Source of the DNA: Verrucomicrobiales bacterium
GTDB lineage: Bacteria > Verrucomicrobiota > Verrucomicrobiia > Verrucomicrobiales > V1-33
Assembly (NCBI GenBank): GCA_031411295.1
Contig: JANOAV010000199.1
Location: 1-46,334 of the forward strand
Length of the DNA: 46,334 nt
Direction: 5' to 3'
Under the pieces are notes generated by a model. It was not told the origin of the DNA and did no database searches. It worked only from the letters and a program-made list of their open reading frames with translations. Both the position numbers and the translations under genes were made by a program. Within the stretch, counting starts at the first letter, position 1. Each line of letters opens with the position of its first letter. Positions 1 to 10,458 of this stretch are shown piece after piece.

Positions 1-136
1 ACACCGACCTCGAAAAGCAAAACGCATAGGCCCGCCGATCAGCCACCGAGGCCGAAAGCACTGAGTGAATCACCGGGCCTGTCCAACAACTAATAGCTTT
101 GAGGCGCAAAGCCGCTCAAAGCTATCTTTGAAGGTT
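1..136 (-). repeat. Right module copy A: attC-like hairpin plus conserved tail following a gene cassette
   Basis: Reverse complement reads AACCTTCAAAGATAGCTTTGAGCGGCTTTGCGCCTCAAAGCTATTAGTTGTTGGACAGGCCCGGTGATTCACTCAGTGCTTTCGGCCTCGG..., near-identical to 17292-17382 and 18792-18925. May continue beyond the window edge. Confidence 0.9.
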
Positions 137-613
137 CGCCTCCGTTTCCTCAGAGATGTTTGGCAAATTCATAGGGTCATCGTAACTTCGGAGCAAAACT
201 ACCGATGACTGCGCTTCTCGCAAAACCTCTCAATGGCAGTCCAGAAGGTATAGATGCCTCCGGATCCCTGAATGGAACCATAGGTGATTACCCTCGCAAA
301 CGAACAAGTGAGTAGGCCGGTCAGAACGCATGTCTGTAACCCAAGTCGCGCGCTTCGACTCCTGATCTTTTGGGCTGCATAGTTCAGGCCCCGCGCCATC
401 GAATAGAATACGGCAACATAAAATGCTGCATAGACCAAGTATCCGACTGGAAGTAGCGCTCCTACCTGCATAGCCACGACCAAACCGCCCGAAAGTGGAA
501 TCACAAACCCACCCACTCCAAAGTAGAACAGCACGGGCACAAAGCAGTAAGCGTCAATAACGATGAGTGCTACGAACGGACGTTTAATCATGACTCTTGT
601 TTCTTGGGCGAAC
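134..613 (-). mobile_element. Solo integron-type gene cassette A
   Basis: On the minus strand it begins GTTCGCC (613-607) and ends GGCGAAC (140-134), which are perfectly complementary core/inverse-core heptamers enclosing a single ORF. Confidence 0.75.
199..591 (-). CDS. Hypothetical membrane protein (cassette cargo)
   Basis: 130-aa ORF with about 3 hydrophobic segments that fills most of the cassette. Confidence 0.7.
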   Translation of the reverse strand: MIKRPFVALIVIDAYCFVPVLFYFGVGGFVIPLSGGLVVAMQVGALLPVGYLVYAAFYVAVFYSMARGLNYAAQKIRSRSARLGLQTCVLTGLLTCSFARVITYGSIQGSGGIYTFWTAIERFCEKRSHR

Positions 614-702
614 TAATTGATCACCGACGGAAGTGTCGATTGTTGCCGAGCTGTTTTATAAGCAACTGATTTGTCGGTTGCTGCGCGGGTGGGTGATTTC
701 AT
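613..702 (-). CDS. Putative 29-aa leader ORF of left module, copy A (MKSPTRAATDKSVAYKTARQQSTLPSVIN)
   Basis: Hand-translated 90-nt ATG..TAG ORF. Its TAG overlaps the G of the cassette GTT. It aligns without gaps to 18347-18436. Confidence 0.5.
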   Translation of the reverse strand: MKSPTRAATDKSVAYKTARQQSTLPSVIN

Positions 703-749
703 GGCGGAATAGTGGTAGGATTTAGCCAGCGGGGATGCGGACTAGGACC

Positions 750-2306
750 TCACGCGAGTTTCTTGCTGAGCAGGGATTTACCCGTCATTTCCGCAGGCTG
801 CGGCACGCCCAGTAAATCCAACAGGGTGGGTGCGATATCGGCCAGAATCCCGTCCCGCACGGAAATGTTGGCAGCATCTGCTCCGACGTAGATGCAATGC
901 ACTAGATTCGTGGTGTGTGCGGTGTTGGGCGTGCCATCTGGGTTCCGCATGAGTTCGCAATTGCCGTGGTCTGCGGTAATGATCAGTTTACCGCCAAGTT
1001 CGAGGACTTTCTCCACGATCAGGCGCACGCCCACGTCGATGGTCTCACAAGCATGAACGCCAGCTTCGATTACGCCAGTGTGACCGACCATGTCGGGGTT
1101 GGCGAAGTTCATGATGACGGCTTCGTAGTTCTCCAAACGACGCATTACTTCAAACGTGAGATCCGGGGCGCTCATCTGCGGCTTGAGATCGTAGGTGGCT
1201 ACTTCTTTCGGACTGAGTGCCATGTAGCGATCCTCTCCCACACTGGGTGTTTCCACCCCACCATTAAAGAAGAAGGTGACATGGGGATACTTCTCCGTTT
1301 CCGCGGCGCGCAGCTGGGTGAGGCCTGCGGCGGCAATGACTTCGCCCAGAATGTTCTTCATGCTTACAGACTCGAAGATGACCTTGGCCCCATATTGAGG
1401 ATAGGTGGCATCATACTCTGTGAGCGTGTAGTAGCCAACCTTTGGGGTCACCTCCCGATCAAAGCCATTGAAGCCGGGAATCAGAAAAGCCTCGGATAGT
1501 TGCCGCGCGCGATCGGCTCGGAAATTGAACCAGAGAATGACATCGCCCTCGTTAATCCGCTGCTCATTCGCATGGGCAAAGAGCATTGGCTGAAGGAACT
1601 CATCGCCCCGAGGCTCGTTGGCATACGCCGCTGCGATGGCCTGGCTCGGCAGATCCGCGCGAACTTCGCCACGGCCCAGCACGATAGCGTCCCAGGCCAA
1701 CTTGTTGCGTTCCCAACGTTTATCGCGATCCATGGCAAAATATCGACCAATGACCGTGATGATTTTGGCACCTGTGGGAGCCAGATCCGTCTCCAGTTTG
1801 GCTAAATATTCCGCGCCCCCTTTAGGTGACGTGTCCCGACCATCGGTAAATGCATGCACGCAGACGTCCGTGCACCCCACAGCTTTGGCAGCCGCGCACA
1901 AAGCTACGACGTGGTCCTGATGACTGTGGACCCCGCCATCGCTAATGAGTCCCATGAGGTGCAAGCGCTTGCCCTTGGCCTTAGCAAAGGCATCCACGAG
2001 CACGGGTTCCGCCGCCAACTGGCCCTCGCGGATCGATTTATTAATCCGCGTCAAATCTTGATAAACGATGCGCCCGGCTCCCAGATTCAGGTGCCCTACC
2101 TCGCTGTTGCCCATTTGTCCGGGTGGCAAGCCGACGTCCTCACCCGAGCCAGACACTTGGCTCCATGGATAATTGGCATACAAATGATCATGAAATGGAG
2201 TGCGCGCGAGCAGCGTCGCATCGCCATTTTCCACCGCCTTAGCCCGACCATCAGGATTGATGCCCCAGCCATCTCGAATTATTAACACAACAGGTTTCTT
2301 AGACAT
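750..2306 (-). CDS. gpmI: 2,3-bisphosphoglycerate-independent phosphoglycerate mutase
   Basis: Motifs GQMGNSEVGH, SDGGVHSH, DGRDTSP, NFRADRAR, AETEKYPHVTFF, NPDMVGHTG, TADHGN. Start trimmed to MSKKPV. Confidence 0.97.
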   Translation of the reverse strand: MSKKPVVLIIRDGWGINPDGRAKAVENGDATLLARTPFHDHLYANYPWSQVSGSGEDVGLPPGQMGNSEVGHLNLGAGRIVYQDLTRINKSIREGQLAAEPVLVDAFAKAKGKRLHLMGLISDGGVHSHQDHVVALCAAAKAVGCTDVCVHAFTDGRDTSPKGGAEYLAKLETDLAPTGAKIITVIGRYFAMDRDKRWERNKLAWDAIVLGRGEVRADLPSQAIAAAYANEPRGDEFLQPMLFAHANEQRINEGDVILWFNFRADRARQLSEAFLIPGFNGFDREVTPKVGYYTLTEYDATYPQYGAKVIFESVSMKNILGEVIAAAGLTQLRAAETEKYPHVTFFFNGGVETPSVGEDRYMALSPKEVATYDLKPQMSAPDLTFEVMRRLENYEAVIMNFANPDMVGHTGVIEAGVHACETIDVGVRLIVEKVLELGGKLIITADHGNCELMRNPDGTPNTAHTTNLVHCIYVGADAANISVRDGILADIAPTLLDLLGVPQPAEMTGKSLLSKKLA

Positions 2307-2437
2307 GCGCGGAAGATGCCGGGAAGGTTCCACTGCGCAAGCGCGAATGGCTGCGCCCAATCCCCCTCCGCCAATTCACGCAAATTCCCCTCCGTTTTTT
2401 ATTGTTAATGTCACCCCAGTCCGTTAAAAGCGTCTCC

Positions 2438-4294
2438 ATGAGAACACTATCGATCCTTGTCTGTTTGCCGTTTTGCCTCACTGCTCAGGAAGCTCCGAAG
2501 TCGGATCCCGCCGCGCAATCCTTGGTGGCAGGTGCATTGGGAGAGGTGCTCCGCGTCGTGGCTCCCCGCACGCCGGAGGGTTTACCCATCAAAGTTAAGC
2601 TGCATTGCGGGGCCGCTACCGGAGCCTACAAGGCCTTCGCCGACCAGAATTTCACTTTATCTTATCAGCATCCGCTGCGCTTCCGACTCGAAGGGAAGTT
2701 GGAGGGGAAACATGTCATTGTTGGCAGCGATGGCATCAATCTGTGGGTGCAATTGCCAGAAGCGCATTGGGTAGTCCAAGGGTCGAACGAGACGCCGCGC
2801 TTTGCCACGCGTCCCGATAGTGTCCAAGCGGTCAATTTAAAGAAACTGCTGCCGGCGCTCCCGACGGAACAACTGGCGCTGCTGCCGGCAGTAACCATTG
2901 TGAAGCTGGCCACGGCCGTGAACGGTGCGGAATCTCTCAGCCTGCGTTTAACCCCAGAGGCCGTTACCGCACGGCAGCTGCCTTCCGGTGAGTTGCAGAT
3001 CCGCTTGGACTCCGAACGCAAACCAGATCAGATCACTTACGCCGCAGGTGGGGATTCACTCACCTTGGGCATCGAGGACTTCCAGAGTGGCGATGATATC
3101 GCGGCAACCGAATGGAAGCCACAGCCAGCCCCCCAGGACAAAGTTGAAAAAGTGGCCAACGCACATTTGGCAAGATTCATCTCCGTGGCCGTCGATAGTC
3201 TCGGCAGCAAGATTCCCACCCTGCCAGCCGCCAAGGGCGAGCGCAAGGTGGTGGCACAAAGTGGTGCTGGGCGCTTGGAGGACTGGGATGGCACGCGGGT
3301 CTTGTTTCTTTCAGGCACGCCTGAAGCCAAGGGCACGCAGCACGGCACGTTGCTGAAGCCGGAAATTGAGCGGGTGATGGATCGCGTCCTGTATGGGGTT
3401 GGCGTGGGTAGTAGTTTTGAAAAAGGGCGTTGGTTCTTTGGGGAAATCGAGCAAGCACAGGCACGCCTGCAGCCCTTCATTTCCGAACGCTACGTGCGCG
3501 AGGCCGATGCCCTGGCGCAAGCGGCCGGACGGGACAAGGAGGAGGTTCGGTTGGCGAATTTCTTCCCCGAATTATTCCACTGCTCAGGCTTCGCTCTGCA
3601 GGGGAAGGCCACGGTGGACGGGCTAACGTATCATGGGCGAGTGCTGGATTACCTCCGCGGCGTGGGCCTGGAAGAGAATGCCGTGGTCATCGTTTCCAAG
3701 CCAGATCAAGGGAATGCCTGGGTTAACGTTAGTTACGCCGGAATGCTAGGTTCCGTGACTGCGATGAATGAGAAGCAAGTGTCCATTGGCGAAATGGGCG
3801 GCCGAGGCGAAGGCCATTGGGATGGGAAGCCGATGACTTATCTGGTGCGCGAGGTCATGGAGCAGGCGAACACGCTGGACGAAGCCGTCGCGATCATGAA
3901 AAAGGGGCCCCGCACCTGCGAATATTACTACGTCATTTCTGATGCTAAATCCAAGCAATCTGTTGGGATCAAAGCGACGCCCGATCTCTTCGAAGTGATC
4001 CATCCTGGCGAGACCCACCCGCAGCTTTCCGAGGCGATAGCAGATGCCGTCCTCATGTCTGCCGGGGATCGCTATGAGGAGCTAGTGAAGCGGGTGAAAG
4101 GCGGTTACGGTAAATTTAATGCCGAATCGGCGCGCGATCTGATGTCGCGTCCCGTCTGCATGACTTCGAACATTCACTCGGTGCTTTTCTGCCCGGATAC
4201 GCTGGATTTCTGGGTGGCCAATGCAGACAGCGTGCACGTGGCCAGTGAGGCGCGCTACACGAAGTATAATCTGAAGGAAATGCTGGCCAAGTAG
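2438..4294 (+). CDS. Secreted C45-family (Ntn-hydrolase) peptidase with an N-terminal LolA-like region
   Basis: Signal peptide MRTLSILVCLPFCLTA. C-terminal half has GTQHG, FH|CSGFA (Cys nucleophile), HGRVLDY and AMNE. The N-terminal fold is a guess. Confidence 0.75.
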   Translation: MRTLSILVCLPFCLTAQEAPKSDPAAQSLVAGALGEVLRVVAPRTPEGLPIKVKLHCGAATGAYKAFADQNFTLSYQHPLRFRLEGKLEGKHVIVGSDGINLWVQLPEAHWVVQGSNETPRFATRPDSVQAVNLKKLLPALPTEQLALLPAVTIVKLATAVNGAESLSLRLTPEAVTARQLPSGELQIRLDSERKPDQITYAAGGDSLTLGIEDFQSGDDIAATEWKPQPAPQDKVEKVANAHLARFISVAVDSLGSKIPTLPAAKGERKVVAQSGAGRLEDWDGTRVLFLSGTPEAKGTQHGTLLKPEIERVMDRVLYGVGVGSSFEKGRWFFGEIEQAQARLQPFISERYVREADALAQAAGRDKEEVRLANFFPELFHCSGFALQGKATVDGLTYHGRVLDYLRGVGLEENAVVIVSKPDQGNAWVNVSYAGMLGSVTAMNEKQVSIGEMGGRGEGHWDGKPMTYLVREVMEQANTLDEAVAIMKKGPRTCEYYYVISDAKSKQSVGIKATPDLFEVIHPGETHPQLSEAIADAVLMSAGDRYEELVKRVKGGYGKFNAESARDLMSRPVCMTSNIHSVLFCPDTLDFWVANADSVHVASEARYTKYNLKEMLAK

Positions 4295-4335
4295 CGCGCT
4301 GGCTGTTTATTGGTGAACGGAGCTTCCCCAGCTTC

Positions 4336-5313
4336 CTACCGGCGTCTGCGCAGGAGGACTCCGCCCAGGGCGATCATGAGGCAACCGCTGGATGGTTCAG
4401 GAACGAAGAGTAACTCGATGCCCGATTTCACGGCGGGGATGTTGCCGTAGAACGCCATATTGCCAAAACCGGTGGTTGCCCCAGGCTGACCGGGATTTCC
4501 TGGATCTGCCAACGCATAGAGATTCCATCCGCTCAACTCCCAGTTGGAACCATTCAATTTGAACATCCCACCTCCAGAATCTCCAGTGGCGAAATTTGCT
4601 TCGGTGGCAGTTAGGTAGTTCCCTGATCCCACATCTTCAAAACTGGAGTAAACCAGATTAGTTGTGAACGGCCCCACAGTAAAGGTGCCCGAAGGACTGC
4701 CAGTGGGACCGCCGACCCAGGGCGGAAGATTGATGGTGGTATTGGTCCCCCAGCGCATGGTGGACGCCGACCCCCATTCGTAGTAACTAGCATTCGTGCC
4801 GGGTGCCAGCGCAATGTCGCTATTGGTAGCACTGTTAGCGGTTCCTTCCACCCGACTGCCACGCCCAAAATCCAACAAATTGGTGCCTGCCACTGGTGTG
4901 GTGGTTGCCAGCAGGACATTCGGAATCCCCGGCAGGGCGGCATCGCCTGACTCACCTCCGATGCGATACATTCTTAGATCAGCACTGCCCACGAGTTGAC
5001 TATCCCTGACCACATAATTGGTTCCCGACACAGTGATAATGCTGCTGCCGACACTCAGCGGGCTTGCATGCGCGGCGGTCGTAACCCAACCGTAGGCGCC
5101 ACTGGCACCAAGATACACCCCGGAAGAATCGCTGACTTGAATGATGTTGTCCCAGTAGGGAAATGCAGGGGAGCCTGCTCCTGAGAGATAAGCGGCCAAC
5201 GAACCCTGCGTGGAATTTCCACTTCCGGTTCCGTTGGGTCCAGAAATAATGAGTGCCGGGGCCGTGGAACAACCGAGGAAGGAGAGGAGGATAGTGGAGG
5301 AGAGGTGGCGCAT
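4336..5313 (-). CDS. PEP-CTERM-anchored trypsin-like serine protease
   Basis: Signal peptide, TTAAH, ADL and TGDSGGG triad motifs, and C-terminal VPEPSS-hydrophobic-RRRR. Confidence 0.85.
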   Translation of the reverse strand: MRHLSSTILLSFLGCSTAPALIISGPNGTGSGNSTQGSLAAYLSGAGSPAFPYWDNIIQVSDSSGVYLGASGAYGWVTTAAHASPLSVGSSIITVSGTNYVVRDSQLVGSADLRMYRIGGESGDAALPGIPNVLLATTTPVAGTNLLDFGRGSRVEGTANSATNSDIALAPGTNASYYEWGSASTMRWGTNTTINLPPWVGGPTGSPSGTFTVGPFTTNLVYSSFEDVGSGNYLTATEANFATGDSGGGMFKLNGSNWELSGWNLYALADPGNPGQPGATTGFGNMAFYGNIPAVKSGIELLFVPEPSSGCLMIALGGVLLRRRR

Positions 5314-5413
5314 GATCTTGAATTAGGAGGATGAGGGTTCCTTGGAAATACTAATTTCGACTCATCTCGTCAAGATTCTTCTGCGTTGAGTTTAGGGTGC
5401 GATGACTGACAAT

Positions 5414-5567
5414 GCGCAGTCGAGCCAACTGCGCCATACTCCCCGGGTGGCGAGTGTGGTCGCAGTCCGCTGGACTGCGGTGGGTGGGGCGGGGGTGGGC
5501 CCATTTGCGACATTTGTGGCCTTTTTCTTGGGGGGGATGAGCAGTCGGGCCGACTGCTCCACACTCG
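5414..5567. repeat. Cluster of three REP-like palindromes (GCAGTC-loop-(G/A)ACTGC), the last two forming an inverted pair
   Basis: GCGCAGTCGAGCCAACTGCGC; CGAGTGTGGTCGCAGTCCGCTGGACTGCG; GAGCAGTCGGGCCGACTGCTCCACACTCG. Same family as 27980 and 42504. Confidence 0.7.
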
Positions 5568-5712
5568 GGGAGGGATGGAGCCGAGTGCGGTCGCGCTCGG
5601 GTGAAATCGTCATTTGGGGGAATCCCAAAGTGATGAGTGGTCCGTAATTGCATTTTGCGTGGATCGCTGTCAGATTCGCGAGGTTGCGCTTGGCATTGAA
5701 CTTATTATTACC

Positions 5713-7275
5713 ATGAATCACGAAACAGATGTTGTTATCCTCGGCGGGGCGTTCTCCGGAGCGGCTGCGGGATTGCTGTTGAAGCGGCAACGCCCGGAGA
5801 CGCGGGTGCTCATTATTGAGCGGGCCACGGAACCGGACCGCAAGGTGGGTGAATCCACCTCGGAGGTGGCCGGGTGCTTTCTGACGCGGGTGCTGGGGCA
5901 GTTCCGCTGGCTATCGCAAAATCAACTCATGAAGCAGGGGCTGCGGCTGTGGTTCACGACGCCGGAGAACCAATCGTTTGAGCAGTGCGGGGAGATCGGT
6001 CCGCATTACCAAAGTCGGATGCCGACGTTCCAATTGGATCGCGCCACACTGGACCCGCATTTACTGGAGGAAGCAGTGGCGGCCGGATGCGAGCTATGGC
6101 GACCAGCCCGCGTGACGACGCTGAATTTAGGCGGAGCCGGAGAAAATACAGTGGAGGTGAAGGTGGGTGATGAAGTGCGTTTGGTGAAGGCAAAATGGGT
6201 CATCGACGCCACGGGCAAGGTGGCCATGATCGCCCGGCAGCGGAAGACCTGGCATGCGCTGACGGATCATCCCACGAATTCCGTCTGGGCTCGCTATCAG
6301 AACGTGAAGGATCTGGATGACGCGATGTTGGCCATGAAATATCCCGCCTATGCCACGGCCATGCCCACACCACGCGGGGTGGCGACGAATCACCTGATGG
6401 GGCGTGGTTGGTGGTGCTGGATCATTCCCTTGAAGGACGGGGATGTGAGCCTGGGCATCACTTACGATCCCCGCATCTTCACGCTCCCGGAAGGGCCCAA
6501 TCAATCGCAGCGGTTGCTCCAGCATGTGTTGCAGCACCCGGTGGGAAACTATCTTTTCAGCGAGGCCACGGTGGTGGAAAAGGACACGCGATCCTACTCG
6601 CAACTCCCCTACTACACGGATCAAGCGGCAGGCGATGGCTGGACTTGCTGTGGTGATGCGGCAGGGTTCATGGATCCGCTCTACAGTCAGGGCTTGGATT
6701 ACTGTGGGCATACTTGCCTGGCCTCGGTGGATATCGTGGTGCAGGCCCTGAACGGGGAGGAGGTCACCAAGACGGTGGCGGCGTATAATCAGAATTTCAC
6801 CACGAGCTACTTCCGCTGGTATCGTGCCTTGTATAAAGATAAATACCACTATCTAGGCGATCAAGAACTGATGTGGGCGGCGTTTCTCCTCGATATTGGA
6901 ACCTACTTCGTGGGGCCGGCCCGGTTGGTGTATGATGGGGGGATGTCCGAGTGGCTGAAGCTGCCCTACAATGGAGCGTGGGGGGCGGGATTTGCCGCGT
7001 TCATGCGCCTGTATAACCGTCGTTTGGCGAAAATTGCCCAGAAGCGCTATGCCGCCGGGGTCTATGGGGCCAGGAATCTGGGCCGCCGACAGTTTCCCAA
7101 ACAGGGATTCTCCCCCGATCCCAAGGTCCTGAAAATCATCCGCATGGGCATTTACCAATGGCTGCGCTGCGAATGGCATGCCTTGTGGCTGCGCCCCAAG
7201 GCCATGCCCCTCCCCGCTGCCGCCGCACCCCCGACTGCCGCCAGCCCGGCGGGGCCTGAACCTGTTGTTAGTTAA
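5713..7275 (+). CDS. FAD-dependent halogenase-like oxidoreductase (tryptophan halogenase superfamily)
   Basis: N-terminal ILGGAFSG Rossmann motif, KVGES, QLDR, WWCWIIP (WxWxIP), GDAAGFMDPLYSQG. Start trimmed to MNHETD. Confidence 0.8.
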   Translation: MNHETDVVILGGAFSGAAAGLLLKRQRPETRVLIIERATEPDRKVGESTSEVAGCFLTRVLGQFRWLSQNQLMKQGLRLWFTTPENQSFEQCGEIGPHYQSRMPTFQLDRATLDPHLLEEAVAAGCELWRPARVTTLNLGGAGENTVEVKVGDEVRLVKAKWVIDATGKVAMIARQRKTWHALTDHPTNSVWARYQNVKDLDDAMLAMKYPAYATAMPTPRGVATNHLMGRGWWCWIIPLKDGDVSLGITYDPRIFTLPEGPNQSQRLLQHVLQHPVGNYLFSEATVVEKDTRSYSQLPYYTDQAAGDGWTCCGDAAGFMDPLYSQGLDYCGHTCLASVDIVVQALNGEEVTKTVAAYNQNFTTSYFRWYRALYKDKYHYLGDQELMWAAFLLDIGTYFVGPARLVYDGGMSEWLKLPYNGAWGAGFAAFMRLYNRRLAKIAQKRYAAGVYGARNLGRRQFPKQGFSPDPKVLKIIRMGIYQWLRCEWHALWLRPKAMPLPAAAAPPTAASPAGPEPVVS

Positions 7276-7356
7276 GATTTCTGGTAACGAGCCGATGTGG
7301 ATCGTTGACAGGGGAATATTACTTTTCATATAAAGTTACCTACTATTTAGGAACTG

Positions 7357-8280
7357 ATGGCTGATCTCTCCCCTACCCTCCTCACCGTGCAATTCGGAGC
7401 AATGCAAGTCCGTGGCCAAATCGATGCCACGGGCCTGCTGTTGGAATTGCCCCTGCCCGTCCTGGCAGGCAGCGGTCGGGAGGTGCACTTGGTCCCGAGC
7501 GGGAGCCTTGCCAGGTGTGACGGGGGGCTCCTGTTGTGCGGCCCGCAGGTAACCGCAGGCTTTCTGACGCGTTCCACCGCTCCGGCCACGCTGGAGGAGG
7601 ACGCGAAATCCATTTTCAATGAGATCTTAGCCCGCGTGGGCGACCAGACACTGTATCGGGTGTGGAATTATGTGCCGCAGATTAACACCACGACTGACAT
7701 TTTGGAGAACTATCATCGTTTCAACCTGGGACGTTGGCGGGCGTATGCCGAGACGTTCGGGGCTACGGTCGATCAACGGATGCCAGCGGCGTCCGCGGTC
7801 GGGGTGCAGGGATCGACCTTGGTGACGGTATTTCTGGCGGGCACGGACCCAGTGGAGTATTTCGAGAATCCCGAACAAACGCCCGCCTACCGATATCCGG
7901 AGTGCTACGGCCCCAAGTCGCCCAGCTTCTCCCGCGCCAGCTTGCGGTCCCGTCCAGAAGGTTCCCAGGCATTCCTCTCCGGCACTTCCAGCATCAAGGG
8001 GCACGAAACCATCGGAACCGGCCAGGTGGATCTGCAAACTGAGATCACCTGCGATAACATCCGCTTGGTGTTTGCCGCCATGGGCAAGCCAGACCCGTTT
8101 GGTCCGGACGCAGAGCCCGCCCAGGCCAAAGTGTATCTCCGCAAGCAATCCGACTTGGATTCCGTCCGCTCGGCCTTGGCGAAATGTGGTGCCACTGACT
8201 TCGCCCAGCGTGCCACTTACCTCCAGTCTGACATTTGCCGGCCGGACTTGGATGTGGAAATCGAGATCACCGGGATCTGA
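7357..8280 (+). CDS. FkbO/Hyg5-family chorismatase (YjgF-fold)
   Basis: RVWNYVPQIN, ENYHRFNLGR, PAASAVG, ENPEQTPAYRYP..YGPKSPSFSRA, SGTSSI and DICRPDLDVEIE. Confidence 0.85.
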   Translation: MADLSPTLLTVQFGAMQVRGQIDATGLLLELPLPVLAGSGREVHLVPSGSLARCDGGLLLCGPQVTAGFLTRSTAPATLEEDAKSIFNEILARVGDQTLYRVWNYVPQINTTTDILENYHRFNLGRWRAYAETFGATVDQRMPAASAVGVQGSTLVTVFLAGTDPVEYFENPEQTPAYRYPECYGPKSPSFSRASLRSRPEGSQAFLSGTSSIKGHETIGTGQVDLQTEITCDNIRLVFAAMGKPDPFGPDAEPAQAKVYLRKQSDLDSVRSALAKCGATDFAQRATYLQSDICRPDLDVEIEITGI

Positions 8281-9312
8281 TTACGCCTGCGTCCAGTCCA
8301 GGACCACCTTGCCCGCCTCACCCTTCTTCATGGCTGCAAAGCCTTCGGCAAATTCCGTGTAGTGCAGTCGATGCGTAATCACCGGGGCAATGTTCAGCCC
8401 GCTCTGGATCATCGTGGTCATCTTATACCACGTCTCATACATCTCCCGGCCGTAGATGCCCTTGATGGTGAGCATGTTGAAAATGACCTTGTCCCAGTTG
8501 ATGCTGAACTGCTCGGGGAAGATCCCCAGCAGCGCAATCTTGGCCCCATGACAGGCGTTCTCCAAGATTGATTCCATCGCCTTCGGGGAGCCGGACATTT
8601 CCAGGCAGACATCGAAGCCCTCGCTCATCCCCAGTTCCCGCTGCACGTCCGCCAGGGATTCCTGCGCCACGTTGACCACCCGGGTGGCACCCAGTTTCTT
8701 GGCCAATTCCAACCGCCAGGGATTGATGTCCGTCACCACCACATGGCGCGCCCCGGCATGTTTCACAATGGCCGCAGCCATGCAACCGATGGGCCCCGCT
8801 CCCGTGATCAGCACATCCTCTCCCAGCACATCGAAGGATAACGCCGTATGCGTGGCATTGCCCAGCGGATCAAAACAGGAAATGACCTCTTCCGGAATCT
8901 TCGGATCCGCGTGCCAGACATTCGTCATCGGCAGTGCCAGATATTCCGCAAAGGCCCCGGTCGTATTCACCCCCACGCCCTTGGTATGGGCACACAGGTG
9001 CCGCCGTCCCGCCAGGCAGTTCCGACACCGCCCACAGACCAAGTGACCTTCGCCACTGACAATTTCCCCCACATGGAAATCATGCACATTCGATCCCACC
9101 GCAGCGATCTCCCCACAGAACTCATGCCCCACCGTCATCGGCACCGGAATCGTGCGCTGCGCCCAGGCATCCCAATTGTAAATGTGCAAATCCGTTCCGC
9201 AGAGCGACGTCTTGCGGATCTTCACCAGCACATCATTGATCCCGATCGTTGGCTCTGGAACATCACAGAGCCACAATCCTGGCGCGGCTTCTTTTTTAAC
9301 AAGGGCTTTCAT
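8281..9312 (-). CDS. tdh: L-threonine 3-dehydrogenase
   Basis: [15 protein letters not shown], Zn cysteines [35 protein letters not shown]. Confidence 0.97.
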   Translation of the reverse strand: MKALVKKEAAPGLWLCDVPEPTIGINDVLVKIRKTSLCGTDLHIYNWDAWAQRTIPVPMTVGHEFCGEIAAVGSNVHDFHVGEIVSGEGHLVCGRCRNCLAGRRHLCAHTKGVGVNTTGAFAEYLALPMTNVWHADPKIPEEVISCFDPLGNATHTALSFDVLGEDVLITGAGPIGCMAAAIVKHAGARHVVVTDINPWRLELAKKLGATRVVNVAQESLADVQRELGMSEGFDVCLEMSGSPKAMESILENACHGAKIALLGIFPEQFSINWDKVIFNMLTIKGIYGREMYETWYKMTTMIQSGLNIAPVITHRLHYTEFAEGFAAMKKGEAGKVVLDWTQA

Positions 9313-9411
9313 AAATTCAGGCCAGAGCAGTCATCCCGCTTCCCCCACATCTCAAGCGCAACCACAGAATCGAACCTGGGGCCAGTCGCAGCAGCATCTG
9401 CGCCGCGCGGG

Positions 9412-10458
9412 CTAACCTAACTGCACCTTGCCATCCACCGTGCGGGTAAAGCTGTGCAGCAACGTGCCGTTGGCATCCAGATGTCGCAATAGCACCCGCT
9501 CCGCATTGATTTGCAGATGCGTGAAGCCATAGACCGACCTCGCGAACGGCCCGTCGTGTCGCTCCTTGATATCCGTAATCCGCGCCCCGCCCGCCCCCGA
9601 TACCACGAAGCTCGTCTTCAGCCCCTCCAATTCCAGATGCTGCAAATCGTGATCATGCCCGCAGCAATAGAAGTCCACCCCGTGATCCTGGAACAGGGGC
9701 CCCAGTTCCGCCACCAATTGCTTCGTATCCCCATGCACCCCATTGGTATAGAGCGGGTGATGCCCCATCACGAAGAGAAACGGAGCCGTCTTCGACTTCT
9801 CCAGTTCCCCATCCAACCACGCCATCTGATCCTGCCGCTCCTCCTCGCTGATCCACCAATGATCCCGCTTCCCAATCGATGCCTTGTGCAGCGGTTCATT
9901 GATCGAACGCCAGTTCGTATCCAGCGCCAGAAACGTTACCAGCGGCTTCTCCGCCGGCCAGTCCACCCGATAGTAACGGGACGGCATGTGCCAGCGGGAC
10001 TTCGGATTCTTTTTCTTGTAAGCCAACTGCGCCAAGTCTCCATCCTCCGTATCATGATAGTCATGATTTCCCAGAATCGCCCAGCACGGACCCGGCAGAT
10101 CATTCGCTGGATACATTTGCTCGAATCCAGACTTCCAGCGGGGCGAGTCCACCCCTTTATCCAGCTTCTTATAAAAGTTATCCCCCAGCAGCCACATCCC
10201 CTCCGGCTTAATCTTCTCTTTCGCTAAATAACGTTGCAGCCCGCGGGCCACCGAATCCTGCGCCTTCTCCATACTCCCGAAGTCCCCCAGCAAAATCAAA
10301 TGCCGATCCCCCGGACCATTCAACGGAGGCAGCGCAGCCGAGGCCTTATCCGCCAGATTCAAACCCCAAGCAGCGCTGGAGCAAAACAGCGTCTGCAACG
10401 CCCGCCGCCGGGAAAGAAAAGCCGGCAACGGAGTAATGGGATGGGAGGACTCGATCAT
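9412..10458 (-). CDS. Tat-exported metallophosphoesterase (purple/tartrate-resistant acid phosphatase type)
   Basis: SRRRAL twin-Arg signal; GDFG, LGDNFY, GNHDY, GHHP, GHDHDLQ, VSGAG. Start trimmed to MIESS. Confidence 0.9.
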   Translation of the reverse strand: MIESSHPITPLPAFLSRRRALQTLFCSSAAWGLNLADKASAALPPLNGPGDRHLILLGDFGSMEKAQDSVARGLQRYLAKEKIKPEGMWLLGDNFYKKLDKGVDSPRWKSGFEQMYPANDLPGPCWAILGNHDYHDTEDGDLAQLAYKKKNPKSRWHMPSRYYRVDWPAEKPLVTFLALDTNWRSINEPLHKASIGKRDHWWISEEERQDQMAWLDGELEKSKTAPFLFVMGHHPLYTNGVHGDTKQLVAELGPLFQDHGVDFYCCGHDHDLQHLELEGLKTSFVVSGAGGARITDIKERHDGPFARSVYGFTHLQINAERVLLRHLDANGTLLHSFTRTVDGKVQLG

